A stretch of DNA of 64,000 bases. Source: Antedon mediterranea (taxonomy: Eukaryota; Animalia; Echinodermata). Below the pieces are notes generated by a model. That model was not told the origin of the DNA and ran no database searches. It saw only the letters and a program-made list of their open reading frames with translations. This document shows, in pieces, positions 63,917-64,000 of the stretch. The stretch lies in the NCBI RefSeq assembly GCF_964355755.1, contig NC_092676.1, forward strand, positions 27,856,871-27,920,870, in the 5' to 3' direction. The position numbers were made by a program, and so were the translations under genes. How positions within the stretch are numbered: the stretch's first letter is position 1; every line of letters begins with the position of its first letter.

Positions 63917-64000
63917 TAAGATGTGAGAATTATTTAAACTACAGTCTTTTTATTTATAATATATCTTTGTATAACAAATCTTATCTACACACACCTACAA

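Overview
AT-rich, intron-dense animal genomic DNA (a marine invertebrate, possibly an echinoderm; taxon is inference). It holds two convergent spliced genes, reconstructed by hand from GT-AG boundaries and frame continuity. (1) Plus strand, 536-43813: the 3' part (34 exons including one candidate cassette exon, about 1537 codons, 5' end outside the window) of one polypeptide with three tandem 6TM-GYGD pore-C-linker-CNBD units. This is a CNGK/tetraKCNG-type concatenated cyclic-nucleotide-gated K+ channel; the visible units are probably repeats II-IV. (2) Minus strand, 47319-61011: a complete 31-coding-exon KIF27/KIF7 (Costal2-family) kinesin of about 1308 aa. Introns carry more than 30 copies of one PIF/Harbinger-type MITE, non-autonomous elements resembling Kolobok, Ginger, Merlin/MULE, P and pogo, V-SINE, CORE-SINE and other tRNA-SINEs, and several minisatellites. 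Most notable: asymmetric pore, S4 and CNBD motifs across the channel repeats; a hidden 66-nt Cys-rich turret exon; two tandem repeats that multiplied real splice sites; and, between the two flagellar/ciliary genes, a hairpin satellite with RFX X-box-like motifs next to a Forkhead+CCAAT minisatellite. No prokaryotic system or CRISPR array is supported.
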